The notes under the pieces were generated by a model, which saw only the letters and a program-made list of their open reading frames with translations, searched no databases and was not told where the DNA came from. This document shows positions 9,326 through 17,895 of a stretch of 24,000 nucleotides of DNA, piece after piece (position 1 is the first letter of the stretch; every line of letters starts with the position of its first letter). This stretch comes from an uncultured Peptoniphilus sp. (GTDB lineage Bacteria > Bacillota > Clostridia > Tissierellales > Peptoniphilaceae): positions 36,717-60,716 of the forward strand of contig CAMQDG010000001.1 of NCBI GenBank assembly GCA_946999425.1. Direction: 5' to 3'. A program made the translations under genes and the position numbers.

Positions 9326-10201
9326 CTACTCAATATTTTGTATTTGTTCCCTTATTTTTTCAATTTCACTTTTGAGAACCACAATTGTGTTTATAATCTT
9401 TGTATTTGTAGATTTAGAGCCTATGGTGTTTGACTCCCTATTAAGCTCTTGTAATAAAAAATCCAACTTTCTACCTATTGGATTTGTATCCTTTATTATA
9501 TCATTAAACTGGTCAATATGTGAATAAATCCTTGTAATTTCTTCATCTATTGCAAGCTTATCACACATAAGGGCAACTTCCGTTGAAAGCCTTGCCTTGT
9601 CAAGACTTTGGTCTTTAAGTTGACTTTCTATATTTTCTTTTAATTTTTTTACATTTTCTTCAAGACTTATAGGTGCAAGTTCTTTGATTTCATCATTTAA
9701 AGCTTTTATATTTTTAATTTTTTCTTTTAAATCCGCCTCTAAATTTTCCCCTTCAATTTTTCTAAATTCATCAAATTTTTTTACTGCACCTTCAAGAGTT
9801 TGAAAAATTAAATTGTTAAGCTCATGATCTTCTTCATCAGAAATGGAACTTGTTACAACTCCTTGAAAAGTATAAATATCTCTTAAGCTTATAGGGTCAT
9901 TAAGCTCAAGTTCTTTCTTTAAGTCCAAAAGATTTTTCATATAGGCTTTTGCCAGAGGAATGTTTAGCTTAAGATCTTCGTTATTTTGGCTTAAATATTC
10001 AATATTTATAAAAACATCTACTTTGCCCCTTTTTACAGTTTCTTTAATAAATTTTCTAATTTTATCTTCTATGGCAAAAAGATTTTTTGGCAATCTTATA
10101 TTTATTTCAGCATAGCGATTATTTACACTTTTTATTTCTATTTTAACATTATAATTTTCATTTGACTTTTGATAAAGTCCATAACCTGTCATGCTTTTCA
10201 T
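9326..10201 (-). CDS. yicC: YicC/YloC-family stress-induced endoribonuclease
   Basis: 291 aa. N-terminal MKSMTGYG and C-terminal RKLDFLLQELNRESNTIGSKS are the YicC_N/DUF1732 signatures. Conserved position upstream of gmk. Confidence 0.9.
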   Translation of the reverse strand: MKSMTGYGLYQKSNENYNVKIEIKSVNNRYAEINIRLPKNLFAIEDKIRKFIKETVKRGKVDVFINIEYLSQNNEDLKLNIPLAKAYMKNLLDLKKELELNDPISLRDIYTFQGVVTSSISDEEDHELNNLIFQTLEGAVKKFDEFRKIEGENLEADLKEKIKNIKALNDEIKELAPISLEENVKKLKENIESQLKDQSLDKARLSTEVALMCDKLAIDEEITRIYSHIDQFNDIIKDTNPIGRKLDFLLQELNRESNTIGSKSTNTKIINTIVVLKSEIEKIREQIQNIE

Positions 10202-10211
10202 CTATAACACC

Positions 10212-10715
10212 TCAGTCATTTTTATGAATTTTCAAACAATCTTTCCTTATTCCCGCAAGAATTTTTAGGGCTTCAGGTATTACATCAATAATATAAGATA
10301 AATATTCTATAGCAGCTTCTTGTCCGCTGGGTAAATTTATAATTAAAGTTCCCTGTCTTATTCCGCAAACTGCCCTTGATAAAAGAGCTTCTCTTTTAAC
10401 TTGCGAAGCTTTTCTTCTCATTTCTTCAGCAAGGCCTGGCACAATTCTTTCACAAACATTTATTGTTGCTTCAGGAGTGTTATCTCTTTTTGAACAACCT
10501 GTCCCTCCCGTTGTAACAACAAGGCTTATATTTTCATCTCTGTCCAGCTCCAAAAGTTTATCTTCAATTACGGATCTGTCATCTGAAACAATTCCCCTAT
10601 TTACAACTTTAAAATCATTTTTTGTCAAATATTCTTCAAGAGCAGGTCCTGAAGATTTTTCAACTCCATCTTTATAAGATGAGTCACTTACTGTTAAAAC
10701 ATAAACGCCGAACAT
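10212..10715 (-). CDS. MogA/MoaB-family molybdenum-cofactor biosynthesis domain protein
   Basis: The track ORF runs to 10784, but the internal ATG at 10715 is preceded by GGAGG-aaaa and yields a 167-aa protein starting MFGVYVLTVSD, typical of the family. Contains the TTGGTG motif (LVVTTGGTGCSKRDNTPEA). The extra 23 N-terminal residues are low-complexity AT-rich read-through. Confidence 0.8.
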   Translation of the reverse strand: MFGVYVLTVSDSSYKDGVEKSSGPALEEYLTKNDFKVVNRGIVSDDRSVIEDKLLELDRDENISLVVTTGGTGCSKRDNTPEATINVCERIVPGLAEEMRRKASQVKREALLSRAVCGIRQGTLIINLPSGQEAAIEYLSYIIDVIPEALKILAGIRKDCLKIHKND

Positions 10716-10772
10716 TTTTCCTCCAAATTTAATATTATTTTTTAATTTTATGTAATTATTTTTCAAATATAT

Positions 10773-10781
10773 ATTATCACA
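10773..10781 (-). promoter_or_regulatory. Candidate extended -10 element (TGTGATAAT) for the MogA-like/yicC unit
   Basis: Minus strand reads TGtGATAAT about 58 nt upstream of the 10715 start, just downstream of the HIT terminator. No good -35. The AT-rich context makes chance matches likely. Confidence 0.3.
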
Positions 10782-10840
10782 CAATGTAAAAAATATTTAC
10801 CTTATGTGGATTAATAAAAATTATATGAAAATTTAATTTT

Positions 10841-10875
10841 AAAAAAATAAAAAAGGCAAGTTTAATTCTTGCCTT
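10841..10875 (-). terminator. Rho-independent terminator after the HIT gene
   Basis: Minus-strand RNA AAGGCAAG-AAUUAAA-CUUGCCUU (perfect 8 bp) followed by UUUUAUUUUUUU. It begins 5 nt after the HIT stop. Confidence 0.85.
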
Positions 10876-10880
10876 CTTTT

Positions 10881-11219
10881 TCAACCTGGTGGCCATTGTA
10901 AGCTTCTTCCTGCAAGTACATGAAAATGCAGGTGATCTACTGTTTGGCCTCCGTCTTCTTTGCAATTATTTACGATTCTAAATCCATTTGTAACGCCTTT
11001 TTCTTTTAATATCTTTGCTGCAGTTAAAAATACATGACCTATTAAATCCTTATCTTCTTCCGACAGTTCTTCTGCATTTTTTATATGTTTTTTGGGAACT
11101 ATTAAAAAATGTACCGGCGCTTCCGGATTAATATCCTCAAAAGCATAAATAAGATCATCTTCGTAAACTTTTTTTGAGGGTATTTCTCCTGCTATTATTT
11201 TGCAAAATAAACAGTCCAT
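10881..11219 (-). CDS. HIT-family (HinT-like) nucleotide hydrolase
   Basis: 112 aa. Histidine triad HLHFHVLAG and N-terminal CLFCKII. Its ATG overlaps the mtaB TAA by 1 nt (TAATG). Confidence 0.93.
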   Translation of the reverse strand: MDCLFCKIIAGEIPSKKVYEDDLIYAFEDINPEAPVHFLIVPKKHIKNAEELSEEDKDLIGHVFLTAAKILKEKGVTNGFRIVNNCKEDGGQTVDHLHFHVLAGRSLQWPPG

Positions 11220-12517
11220 TAGTCCTCCTTTTCTACTTCTGCTTCTTCTTTTTCTACACCTTTTATTTTAACATTTATTATCTTATTTTTTAATTCTTCT
11301 TGGGTTTTTAATTTACACCTAATGTAATTTGTGGTGTAACCCTCATAGTAATCTCCCTTTCTCTCTTCAAAAAGCACTTTTAAACTTCTATTTTTATTTT
11401 TTTCTATAAACTCTTCCATAAGCCTATCGTTTGCTTCAATAAGTTTTTCGCTTCTTTCAATTTTTATATTTCCATCAACTTGATTTTTCATGTTGGCGGC
11501 GGGAGTGCCTTTTCTCTTGGAATACTTAAAAACATGAATTTTTGAAAATTTTACTTTTTCAACTAAATCTAAGCTATCATTAAAATCTTCATCAGTTTCT
11601 GTGGGAAAACCTACTATTATATCCGTTGTAAGACCTGCATAGGGCATATATTTTCTTATTATTTGACATTTTTCCATATATTCTTCCCTGGTATAGCGTC
11701 TGTTCATTGCTTTTAAAATTTTATTTGAGCCACTTTGCAAGGAAAGATGAAAGTGATCACAAAGTTTTTTTGTTTCAAGGGCCCTTTCCATAAATTCATC
11801 GGTTATTATTACAGGCTCTACTGATGAAAGTCTTATTCTTTCTATTCCTTGGACTTTTCCTATGGCTTCAATTAAGTCTATAAGTCTTTTATCTCCCAGA
11901 TCTTTTCCGTAACTACCTATGTGAATTCCCGTTAAAACTATTTCTTTATAACCTGCCTTTGCCAATACTTTTGCTTCTTCAATGGAGTCTTCTATGGTCC
12001 TCGAGCGAATTTCTCCCCTGGCATAGGGAATTATGCAGTAAGAACAAAATCTATTGCAACCATCTTGAACTTTCATATAAGACCTTGTCATTATATGCTC
12101 TCTTGTTGTCTTTATTTTTTGAAATTCCCTATCTCCTTTTAAAGACCTTACTATATTTATTTTGCCTTGATCTTTTTTATAGTTTTCGCAAAGTTCAACT
12201 ATTCTTTCTCTTTCACTGGTTCCTATTATTATGTCTACATCTTCAAGACTTTCTACTTCTTTTGGGGATACCTGAGAATAGCAGCCTACTACTGCAACAA
12301 TAGCATCGGGGTTTTCTCTCTTTGCCCTTCTTATATATTGTCTGGATTTTCTGTCGGATAAGTTTGTAACAGTGCAGGTGTTTACTATATAAACATCTGC
12401 AACATCCGTTTCCTTATCCACTTCCAAATATTGATTTTTTTCAAACAACTCCTTCATTGCCTCAGATTCATATTGATTAACTTTGCAGCCAAGAGTCAGT
12501 ATTGAAAATGTCTTCAT
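11219..12517 (-). CDS. mtaB: tRNA t6A37 methylthiotransferase MtaB (MiaB-like radical SAM)
   Basis: 432 aa. N-terminal UPF0004 domain (LGCKVNQYESE) and radical-SAM CNRFCSYCIIPYARG. Position after prmA-rsmE matches B. subtilis yqeT-yqeU-yqeV. Confidence 0.9.
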   Translation of the reverse strand: MKTFSILTLGCKVNQYESEAMKELFEKNQYLEVDKETDVADVYIVNTCTVTNLSDRKSRQYIRRAKRENPDAIVAVVGCYSQVSPKEVESLEDVDIIIGTSERERIVELCENYKKDQGKINIVRSLKGDREFQKIKTTREHIMTRSYMKVQDGCNRFCSYCIIPYARGEIRSRTIEDSIEEAKVLAKAGYKEIVLTGIHIGSYGKDLGDKRLIDLIEAIGKVQGIERIRLSSVEPVIITDEFMERALETKKLCDHFHLSLQSGSNKILKAMNRRYTREEYMEKCQIIRKYMPYAGLTTDIIVGFPTETDEDFNDSLDLVEKVKFSKIHVFKYSKRKGTPAANMKNQVDGNIKIERSEKLIEANDRLMEEFIEKNKNRSLKVLFEERKGDYYEGYTTNYIRCKLKTQEELKNKIINVKIKGVEKEEAEVEKED

Positions 12518-13182
12518 CTTATCTCCTCTATTACTGTAAATGAGCTTACTATTGCTGCTGTTTCAGCCCTTAATATTCCAGGACCTAATGTAACAATTTT
12601 TGCTCCTTTATTTTTTAAATATTCTATTTCTTCTTCTTCAAAACCGCCTTCAGGCCCTACGACTAAAGATATTTTTTTTGCCTTTAAATCTTCTAAGGCT
12701 TTTCTTATGGTATTTTCTTTAGCTTCTTCATAGGGAACTATTACAAGATTTTCAAAATCTATCTCTTCAATTGTTACGGTTTTATTTAGTTTAGGTATTA
12801 TATCACGTCTTGATTGTTTTGCAGCTGATTCTATAATTTTATTCCAACGTGTAAGTTTTTTTTCTTCTTTCGCTGATATGTCACTTATAGATCTTTTTAA
12901 TTTTAGAGGGAAAAATTCACTTATGCCCACTTCCGTTGCCTGGCTTAAAATTTTTTCCATCTTGTCCCCTTTTACTAAGGCCATATAAAGAATTACAGGA
13001 ATTTTTGTTTCGTGAGTTTTTTTAAGTTCTTTTAAAATTTCAAGCTCTTGATCAAATTTTGCAAGATAGAGTTTGTCTTTTATTACTATTTCAAATTCTT
13101 CATCTTTTCCTATTCTAAGAACCTTTATATGGTGAAGATTTTCTTTTGAAAGCTCCCTAGATTCATCAAAAAATCTATGCAT
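12514..13182 (-). CDS. rsmE: 16S rRNA (uracil1498-N3)-methyltransferase RsmE
   Basis: 222 aa. C-terminal SPOUT knot motifs VGPEGGFEEEEIEYL and LGPGILRAETAA. ATGA overlap with mtaB. Confidence 0.92.
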   Translation of the reverse strand: MHRFFDESRELSKENLHHIKVLRIGKDEEFEIVIKDKLYLAKFDQELEILKELKKTHETKIPVILYMALVKGDKMEKILSQATEVGISEFFPLKLKRSISDISAKEEKKLTRWNKIIESAAKQSRRDIIPKLNKTVTIEEIDFENLVIVPYEEAKENTIRKALEDLKAKKISLVVGPEGGFEEEEIEYLKNKGAKIVTLGPGILRAETAAIVSSFTVIEEIR

Positions 13183-14077
13183 ACAATTTACCTACTACTA
13201 ATGCCCAACCATTTTTTTCTCTTATTTCTAAAATTTCAAAACCATTTTCTTTTAAGGCTTTTTCTACCAAATCTATTTTTTCTTTTATTATACCTGAAGA
13301 AATAAATATGCCCTTTTCATTTAAATGGACTCTTAAATCGCCCACAAGACCTGCTATTATTTCTGCTATTATATTTGAAACTATAAGGTCCGCACTTCCT
13401 TCAACTACATCAAGAAGATTGCCTTCATAAACTTCAATTTTATCTTCTACTTTATTTAGTTTTGCATTTTTAAGGGTTACTTCCACGCATTTTTTATCCA
13501 AGTCCACTGCAATAACTTTTTTTGCTCCCAATTTTACGCCTGCTATGGAAAGTATTCCCGATCCGCAGCCTACATCAAAAACCTTTTGGTCTTTTTTAAG
13601 ATATTTTTCAAGGGCTTCAAGACACATATATGTGGTTTCATGACTTCCTGTTCCAAAGGCCATACCTGGATCTATTTCTATAATTTTTCTATTTGTATCT
13701 TCTATTTCTTCCCAGCTTGGTTTTATTAATAGCTTTTTACCTACTTCTATGGGATGATAATATTTTTTCCAATTATTTGCCCAATCTTCATCGTCTTTTT
13801 CTATAAACTCACAATAAATATTTTTTTCATTAAGTTCTTTTTTTATTTCTTTTGCCAACTTTTCTTCATGGGGATAGGCTTTTATTATAAGCTCTTCATC
13901 TTTAAGTTTAAAAATTTCAGAATCTACATAGTCCCAGGAATCTTTTACATTATTTAGTTCATTTAATATTTCTTTTGAATATTCTTCAAGGGTAAAAATA
14001 TCATTTTTATAAAAAATATTTATAATTTCTTCCCTAAGTTTATTTTCTGATTTTACAACAAGTTCTATATATTTCAT
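13175..14077 (-). CDS. prmA: Ribosomal protein L11 methyltransferase
   Basis: 300 aa. AFGTGSHETT and the SAM-binding motif DVGCGSGILSIAG. Conserved dnaJ-prmA-rsmE order. Confidence 0.94.
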   Translation of the reverse strand: MKYIELVVKSENKLREEIINIFYKNDIFTLEEYSKEILNELNNVKDSWDYVDSEIFKLKDEELIIKAYPHEEKLAKEIKKELNEKNIYCEFIEKDDEDWANNWKKYYHPIEVGKKLLIKPSWEEIEDTNRKIIEIDPGMAFGTGSHETTYMCLEALEKYLKKDQKVFDVGCGSGILSIAGVKLGAKKVIAVDLDKKCVEVTLKNAKLNKVEDKIEVYEGNLLDVVEGSADLIVSNIIAEIIAGLVGDLRVHLNEKGIFISSGIIKEKIDLVEKALKENGFEILEIREKNGWALVVGKLYA

Positions 14078-14114
14078 ATTTTATTCCTTCTTTAAAAATT
14101 TTTTTCTTAATTTG

Positions 14115-14143
14115 ATTATATTAAAGTAATTTTATTTTTTCAA
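14115..14143 (-). promoter_or_regulatory. Sigma-A-type promoter for prmA-rsmE-mtaB-HIT
   Basis: Minus strand has TTGAAA (14143-14138), a 17-nt spacer, then TATAAT (14120-14115). It lies between the dnaJ terminator and the prmA RBS (GAAGGAA). Confidence 0.6.
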
Positions 14144-14161
14144 TTTTACCTTTTTACCCAA

Positions 14162-14192
14162 GAAAAAAAGAGTAAGTTTTAAAACTCACTCT
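14162..14192 (-). terminator. Rho-independent terminator after dnaJ
   Basis: Minus-strand RNA AGAGUGAG-UUUUAAAA-CUUACUCU (8 bp, one G-U) followed by UUUUUUC. It starts 2 nt after the dnaJ TAG. Confidence 0.7.
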
Positions 14193-14194
14193 TT

Positions 14195-15322
14195 CTATTC
14201 AAATATCTCTTTTACTTTATCAAAAAAAGTTTTTCTTTCTTTTGTAATTTCTTTTCCTTCGTGCATTCTTAATTTTTCAAGAATTTCTCTTTCTTCATCT
14301 GAAATTTTTCGAGGAACGTGAATATCTACTCTAAAGTATAAATCTCCCTTAGCTTCTCTTTTTATAAAGGGAACTCCCTCTCCTTTTATTTTAAAAGTCG
14401 TTCCCGAGCTTGTTCCAGCAGGAATATCATAATCTACAATTGATGTTAGGGTAGGAACTTTTATTTTCCCTCCCAAAACTGCATCTGAATAGGTTATTGG
14501 AAGCTCTATATAAATATTATTTCCACTTCTTTTAAAGATTTTGTCTTCCTTAACATTTACATATACATAGAGGTCTCCCTTTTCTCCTCCATTGTCTCCT
14601 GCATTTCCTTCGCCCTGTAAGGATATGACCATTTTATCATCGATGCCCTTAGGGATTTTAACATTGATTTTTTTCGTTACAACTTTTTTTCCTATTCCCT
14701 TACATTCTTTGCAGGGATTTTCAATTATTTCTCCTGTACCCTTGCATTTGTCACAAGGCTCTACTTGCATAAATTTCCCGAAAGCTGATTGTCTTACAGT
14801 TTTCATTTTTCCGGTTCCCTTACATTTATCGCAGGTTTTTTTCTTTGTACCCGGTTCTGAGCCTTCTCCATGACAATGTTCACAAGTTTCGTTTCTTTTT
14901 ATATTTATTTCTCGCTCTGTTCCGAAAACTGCTTCTTTAAATTCTATTGTTATATCCACCCTTATATCAGACCCTCTAACAGGTCTCTTTCTGAAGTCCT
15001 CATAGGACGTCTGATAGCCGGAAGAAAATCCGCCACCAAATATATCAAATATGTCCCCAAAGATGTCTGAGAAGCCTCCAAAGCCTCCCTGACCCATATT
15101 CCCTTTAAGACCTTCTTCGCCATAAGTATCATATATTTGTCTTTTGTTTTCATCTGACAAAACTTCATAGGCAAGATTTATTTCTTTAAAGTGTTCTTGT
15201 GCTTCTTTATCATCTGGATTTAAGTCCGGATGATATTTTTTTGCAAGTTTTCTATAAGAGGATTTTATTTCTTCTTGAGAGGATGATCTTTCAATTTCCA
15301 AAATTTCATAAAAGTCTCTCAA
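14195..15322 (-). CDS. dnaJ: Molecular chaperone DnaJ (Hsp40)
   Basis: J-domain HPD (KKYHPDLNPDD), a G/F-rich linker, and four CxxCxGxG zinc-finger repeats (CEHCHGEG, CDKCKGTG x2, CKECKGIG). The track ORF starts at TTG 15340, which has no RBS. The in-frame TTG at 15322 is preceded by GGTGGTGA-aaat and gives MRDFYEILEI, the canonical N-terminus. The start is therefore uncertain by 18 nt. Confidence 0.93.
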   Translation of the reverse strand: MRDFYEILEIERSSSQEEIKSSYRKLAKKYHPDLNPDDKEAQEHFKEINLAYEVLSDENKRQIYDTYGEEGLKGNMGQGGFGGFSDIFGDIFDIFGGGFSSGYQTSYEDFRKRPVRGSDIRVDITIEFKEAVFGTEREINIKRNETCEHCHGEGSEPGTKKKTCDKCKGTGKMKTVRQSAFGKFMQVEPCDKCKGTGEIIENPCKECKGIGKKVVTKKINVKIPKGIDDKMVISLQGEGNAGDNGGEKGDLYVYVNVKEDKIFKRSGNNIYIELPITYSDAVLGGKIKVPTLTSIVDYDIPAGTSSGTTFKIKGEGVPFIKREAKGDLYFRVDIHVPRKISDEEREILEKLRMHEGKEITKERKTFFDKVKEIFE

Positions 15323-15375
15323 ATTTTCACCACCAATCAAAGGAATATTTTATACTAAATAAAAAATTTTTAAAA

Positions 15376-15413
15376 GTAAAAAAAATAAAGTGGCTTTAAG
15401 CCAAAGCCACTTT
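15376..15413 (-). terminator. Strong intrinsic terminator/attenuator between dnaK and dnaJ
   Basis: Perfect 11-bp inverted repeat aaagtggcttt (15387-15397) / aaagccacttt (15403-15413) with a 5-nt loop. On the minus strand it is followed by A-U8-AC. It starts 8 nt after the dnaK stop. Confidence 0.8.
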
Positions 15414-15421
15414 TATTTATT

Positions 15422-17263
15422 TTATTTGTTTTCTTTGTTGTCATCTTCATCTACAACTTCGTAATCAGCATCTACAACATCATCTTCTGCTGTTGACTTA
15501 CCTTCTCCTGCACCGCCTTGTTGTGCTTGAGATTCTTTATAAAGTTGTTCTGATATAGCATAGAAAGCTTTTGTTAAATTTTCGGTCTTGTTCTTTATTT
15601 CTTCAACATTTTCAGAATCTTTTACTTCTTTAAGTTCTGAAATTGCCTTTTCTATTTTTTCTTTGTCTTCTGCCTTAATTTTGCCTTCCACTTCTTTAAG
15701 AGTGTTTTCTGATTGATAAATCATTGAATCTGCATTGTTACGAGCTTCTATTAAGTCTTTTTTCTTCTTGTCTTCTTCTTCGTACATTTCAGCTTCTTTT
15801 ACTTTTTTATCAATTTCTTCTTCACTCATGTTAGTTGAAGATGTGATTGTTATGTGTTGTTCTTTTCCTGTTCCCAAATCTTTAGCAGATACTTTTACAA
15901 TTCCGTTAGCATCAATATCAAAAGTTACTTCTATTTGAGGGATTCCCCTTCTTGCCGGTGCAATTCCATCAAGTTGGAATCTTCCAAGAGTAATATTATC
16001 TTGAGCCATTTGTCTTTCACCTTGAAGAACGTGAATATCTACTGATGTTTGATTGTCTGCTGCTGTTGTAAATATTTGTGATTTCTTTGTTGGAATTGTA
16101 GTATTTCTTTCAATAAGTCTTGTTGTTACATTACCCATTGTTTCAATTCCAAGAGATAGAGGTGTTACATCAAGAAGTAATAAATCTTTTACATCTCCTG
16201 ATAATACTCCCCCTTGAATTGCAGCACCTAAAGCTACACATTCATCTGGGTTAATATCTTTTTGAGGTTCCTTGTTTATTAATTTTTTAATGCAAGCTTG
16301 AACTGCTGGTACTCTTGTTGAACCACCTACTAATAAAACTTTATCAATGTCACTTGCACTCATTCCTGCATCTTTTAATGCGTCAAGAACAGGTCCTTCA
16401 GTTTTCTTTACAAGATCTGCAATTAAATCTTCAAATTTTGCTCTTGTAATATCCATGTTCAAGTGAAGAGGTCCTGATGCATTAGCTGTAATAAAGGGTA
16501 GATTTACATTTGTTGACATTGTAGAAGAAAGTTCTTTCTTTGCTTTTTCAGCTGCTTCTTTTAATCTTTGAAGACTCATTTTATCGCTCTTTAAGTCAAT
16601 TCCATTTTCTTTCTTAAATTCTTCTGCAAGATAATCTATAAGTCTGTTATCAAAGTCATCTCCACCTAATCTATTGTTACCACGAGTAGCGTGAACTTCA
16701 AAAACTCCGTCTGAAAGTTCAAGGATGGAAACGTCAAAAGTACCTCCACCTAAGTCATATACCATAACAGTTTCAGAATCTTTATTTTTATCTTCTCCAT
16801 AAGCAAGTGCTGCTGCTGTAGGTTCGTTAACAATTCTCTTAACATTTAAACCTGCAATCTTCCCTGCATCCTTAGTTGCTTGTCTTTGAGCATCTGTAAA
16901 ATATGCAGGAACTGTAATTACTGCATCTGTAATTTTTTCTCCCAAGTAAGATTCTGCATCTGATTTTAATTTTTGAAGAATCATTGCTGAAATTTCTTGG
17001 GGTGTATATTTTTTGCCATCAATATTCACTGAATAATCGTGGCCCATTTCTCTTTTTATTGATTGAACAGTTCTTTCAGGATTTGTAATAGCTTGACGTT
17101 TTGCAGTTTCACCTACAAGTCTTTCTCCGTCCTTTGTAAAAGCTACTACAGATGGTGTAGTTCTGTTTCCTTCAATATTTGGAATAATAATAGCGTCCCC
17201 GCCTTCCATAACTGCAACTGCAGAGTTTGTTGTTCCTAAGTCAATACCAATAATTTTAGACAT
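15422..17263 (-). CDS. dnaK: Molecular chaperone DnaK (Hsp70)
   Basis: 613 aa. [24 protein letters not shown], acidic C-terminal tail. RBS AGGAGG. Confidence 0.98.
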   Translation of the reverse strand: MSKIIGIDLGTTNSAVAVMEGGDAIIIPNIEGNRTTPSVVAFTKDGERLVGETAKRQAITNPERTVQSIKREMGHDYSVNIDGKKYTPQEISAMILQKLKSDAESYLGEKITDAVITVPAYFTDAQRQATKDAGKIAGLNVKRIVNEPTAAALAYGEDKNKDSETVMVYDLGGGTFDVSILELSDGVFEVHATRGNNRLGGDDFDNRLIDYLAEEFKKENGIDLKSDKMSLQRLKEAAEKAKKELSSTMSTNVNLPFITANASGPLHLNMDITRAKFEDLIADLVKKTEGPVLDALKDAGMSASDIDKVLLVGGSTRVPAVQACIKKLINKEPQKDINPDECVALGAAIQGGVLSGDVKDLLLLDVTPLSLGIETMGNVTTRLIERNTTIPTKKSQIFTTAADNQTSVDIHVLQGERQMAQDNITLGRFQLDGIAPARRGIPQIEVTFDIDANGIVKVSAKDLGTGKEQHITITSSTNMSEEEIDKKVKEAEMYEEEDKKKKDLIEARNNADSMIYQSENTLKEVEGKIKAEDKEKIEKAISELKEVKDSENVEEIKNKTENLTKAFYAISEQLYKESQAQQGGAGEGKSTAEDDVVDADYEVVDEDDNKENK

Positions 17264-17276
17264 ATTAATTTACCTC

Positions 17277-17882
17277 CTATTTTGAAACCTTAACCATTGA
17301 AGGTCTCAATACTTTATTTCCAATCATATAACCTTTTTGAAGAACCTCAGTTACAATACCCGGTTCACAATCTTCTCTTTCATCCATAACCACTGCATGG
17401 TGAAAATTAGGATCAAAAGGTTTATTTAATGCTTCTATTTCAACTATATCATGCTTTTTAAGTGTATCTATAAGTTGTCCTTCAATAAGAACAATCCCTT
17501 CATAAAAAGCATCTTTATCATCACAAGCTTCGATAGCTCTTTCAAAAGTGTCAAGAACTGGCAAAAGATCATTTGCAAGTTTTTGAACACCTAAATTTAG
17601 ATACTCGGCTTTTTCATTATTAGCCCTTCTTTTAAAATTTTGAAAATCCGCTTGAAGTCTTATGTGCCTGTCTTTTAATTCATCCAACTGTTTTTGAAGA
17701 GGATCTTCTGCTTTTTCTTCCTCTTTTTCTAAATAGTTGGAATCTCTTTCTGGTTCAAGTATTTCTACTTGTGGCTTATTTTCTTCTAAGTCTGATGTTT
17801 CATCATTTTTTATATTTTGACTTTTATCTTTAACTTCTTCTTCAAATTTCTTTTGATTTTTTTCATAAATATTACTATTCAA
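17277..17882 (-). CDS. grpE: Nucleotide exchange factor GrpE
   Basis: 201 aa. Charged N-terminal extension, coiled-coil (LQADFQNFKRR), and C-terminal FDPNFHHAV motif. TTG start at 17882 preceded by GAGGTGA. Confidence 0.94.
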   Translation of the reverse strand: MNSNIYEKNQKKFEEEVKDKSQNIKNDETSDLEENKPQVEILEPERDSNYLEKEEEKAEDPLQKQLDELKDRHIRLQADFQNFKRRANNEKAEYLNLGVQKLANDLLPVLDTFERAIEACDDKDAFYEGIVLIEGQLIDTLKKHDIVEIEALNKPFDPNFHHAVVMDEREDCEPGIVTEVLQKGYMIGNKVLRPSMVKVSK

Positions 17883-17895
17883 AATATCACCTCAC

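Noticed and set aside
7229-9433. Plus-strand ORFs of 61-121 aa (7229-7555, 7552-7788, 8067-8258, 8683-9006, 8922-9107, 9068-9433) antisense to coaBC, rpoZ, gmk and yicC
   Set aside because: Each is fully embedded antisense in a confidently identified conserved gene. Their F/L/S/I/K-rich composition is what the reverse complement of AT-rich coding sequence produces, and none has a recognisable motif or SD. The same reasoning applies to 2894-3085, 5438-5650, 6325-6510, 10477-10677, 11959-12303, 12167-12361, 13754-13957, 14592-14873, 14870-15070, 15199-15399, 15735-15938, 15854-16045 and 18038-18223.
10716-10784. 23-codon N-terminal extension of the MogA-like ORF
   Set aside because: The extension (MCDNIYLKNNYIKLKNNIKFGGK) is AT-rich low-complexity sequence without an SD. 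The internal ATG at 10715 has GGAGG at ideal spacing and gives a family-typical N-terminus.
10805-10813. Single DnaA-box-like 9-mer TGTGGATTA (one mismatch to TGTGGATAA) in the MogA-like leader
   Set aside because: It is an isolated single near-match in AT-rich DNA with no second box nearby, so it is insufficient for any regulatory claim.
10777-10965. 62-aa minus-strand ORF (MQRRRRPNSRS...) spanning the HIT 3' end and the terminator
   Set aside because: It overlaps the HIT gene out of frame and runs through the intrinsic terminator hairpin. The Arg-rich start is a frame artefact of the HIT histidine-triad region.
14962-15174. 70-aa minus-strand ORF inside dnaJ in another frame
   Set aside because: It is out of frame within the DnaJ G/F-linker region. 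It has no RBS or motif, while DnaJ's own frame is strongly supported.
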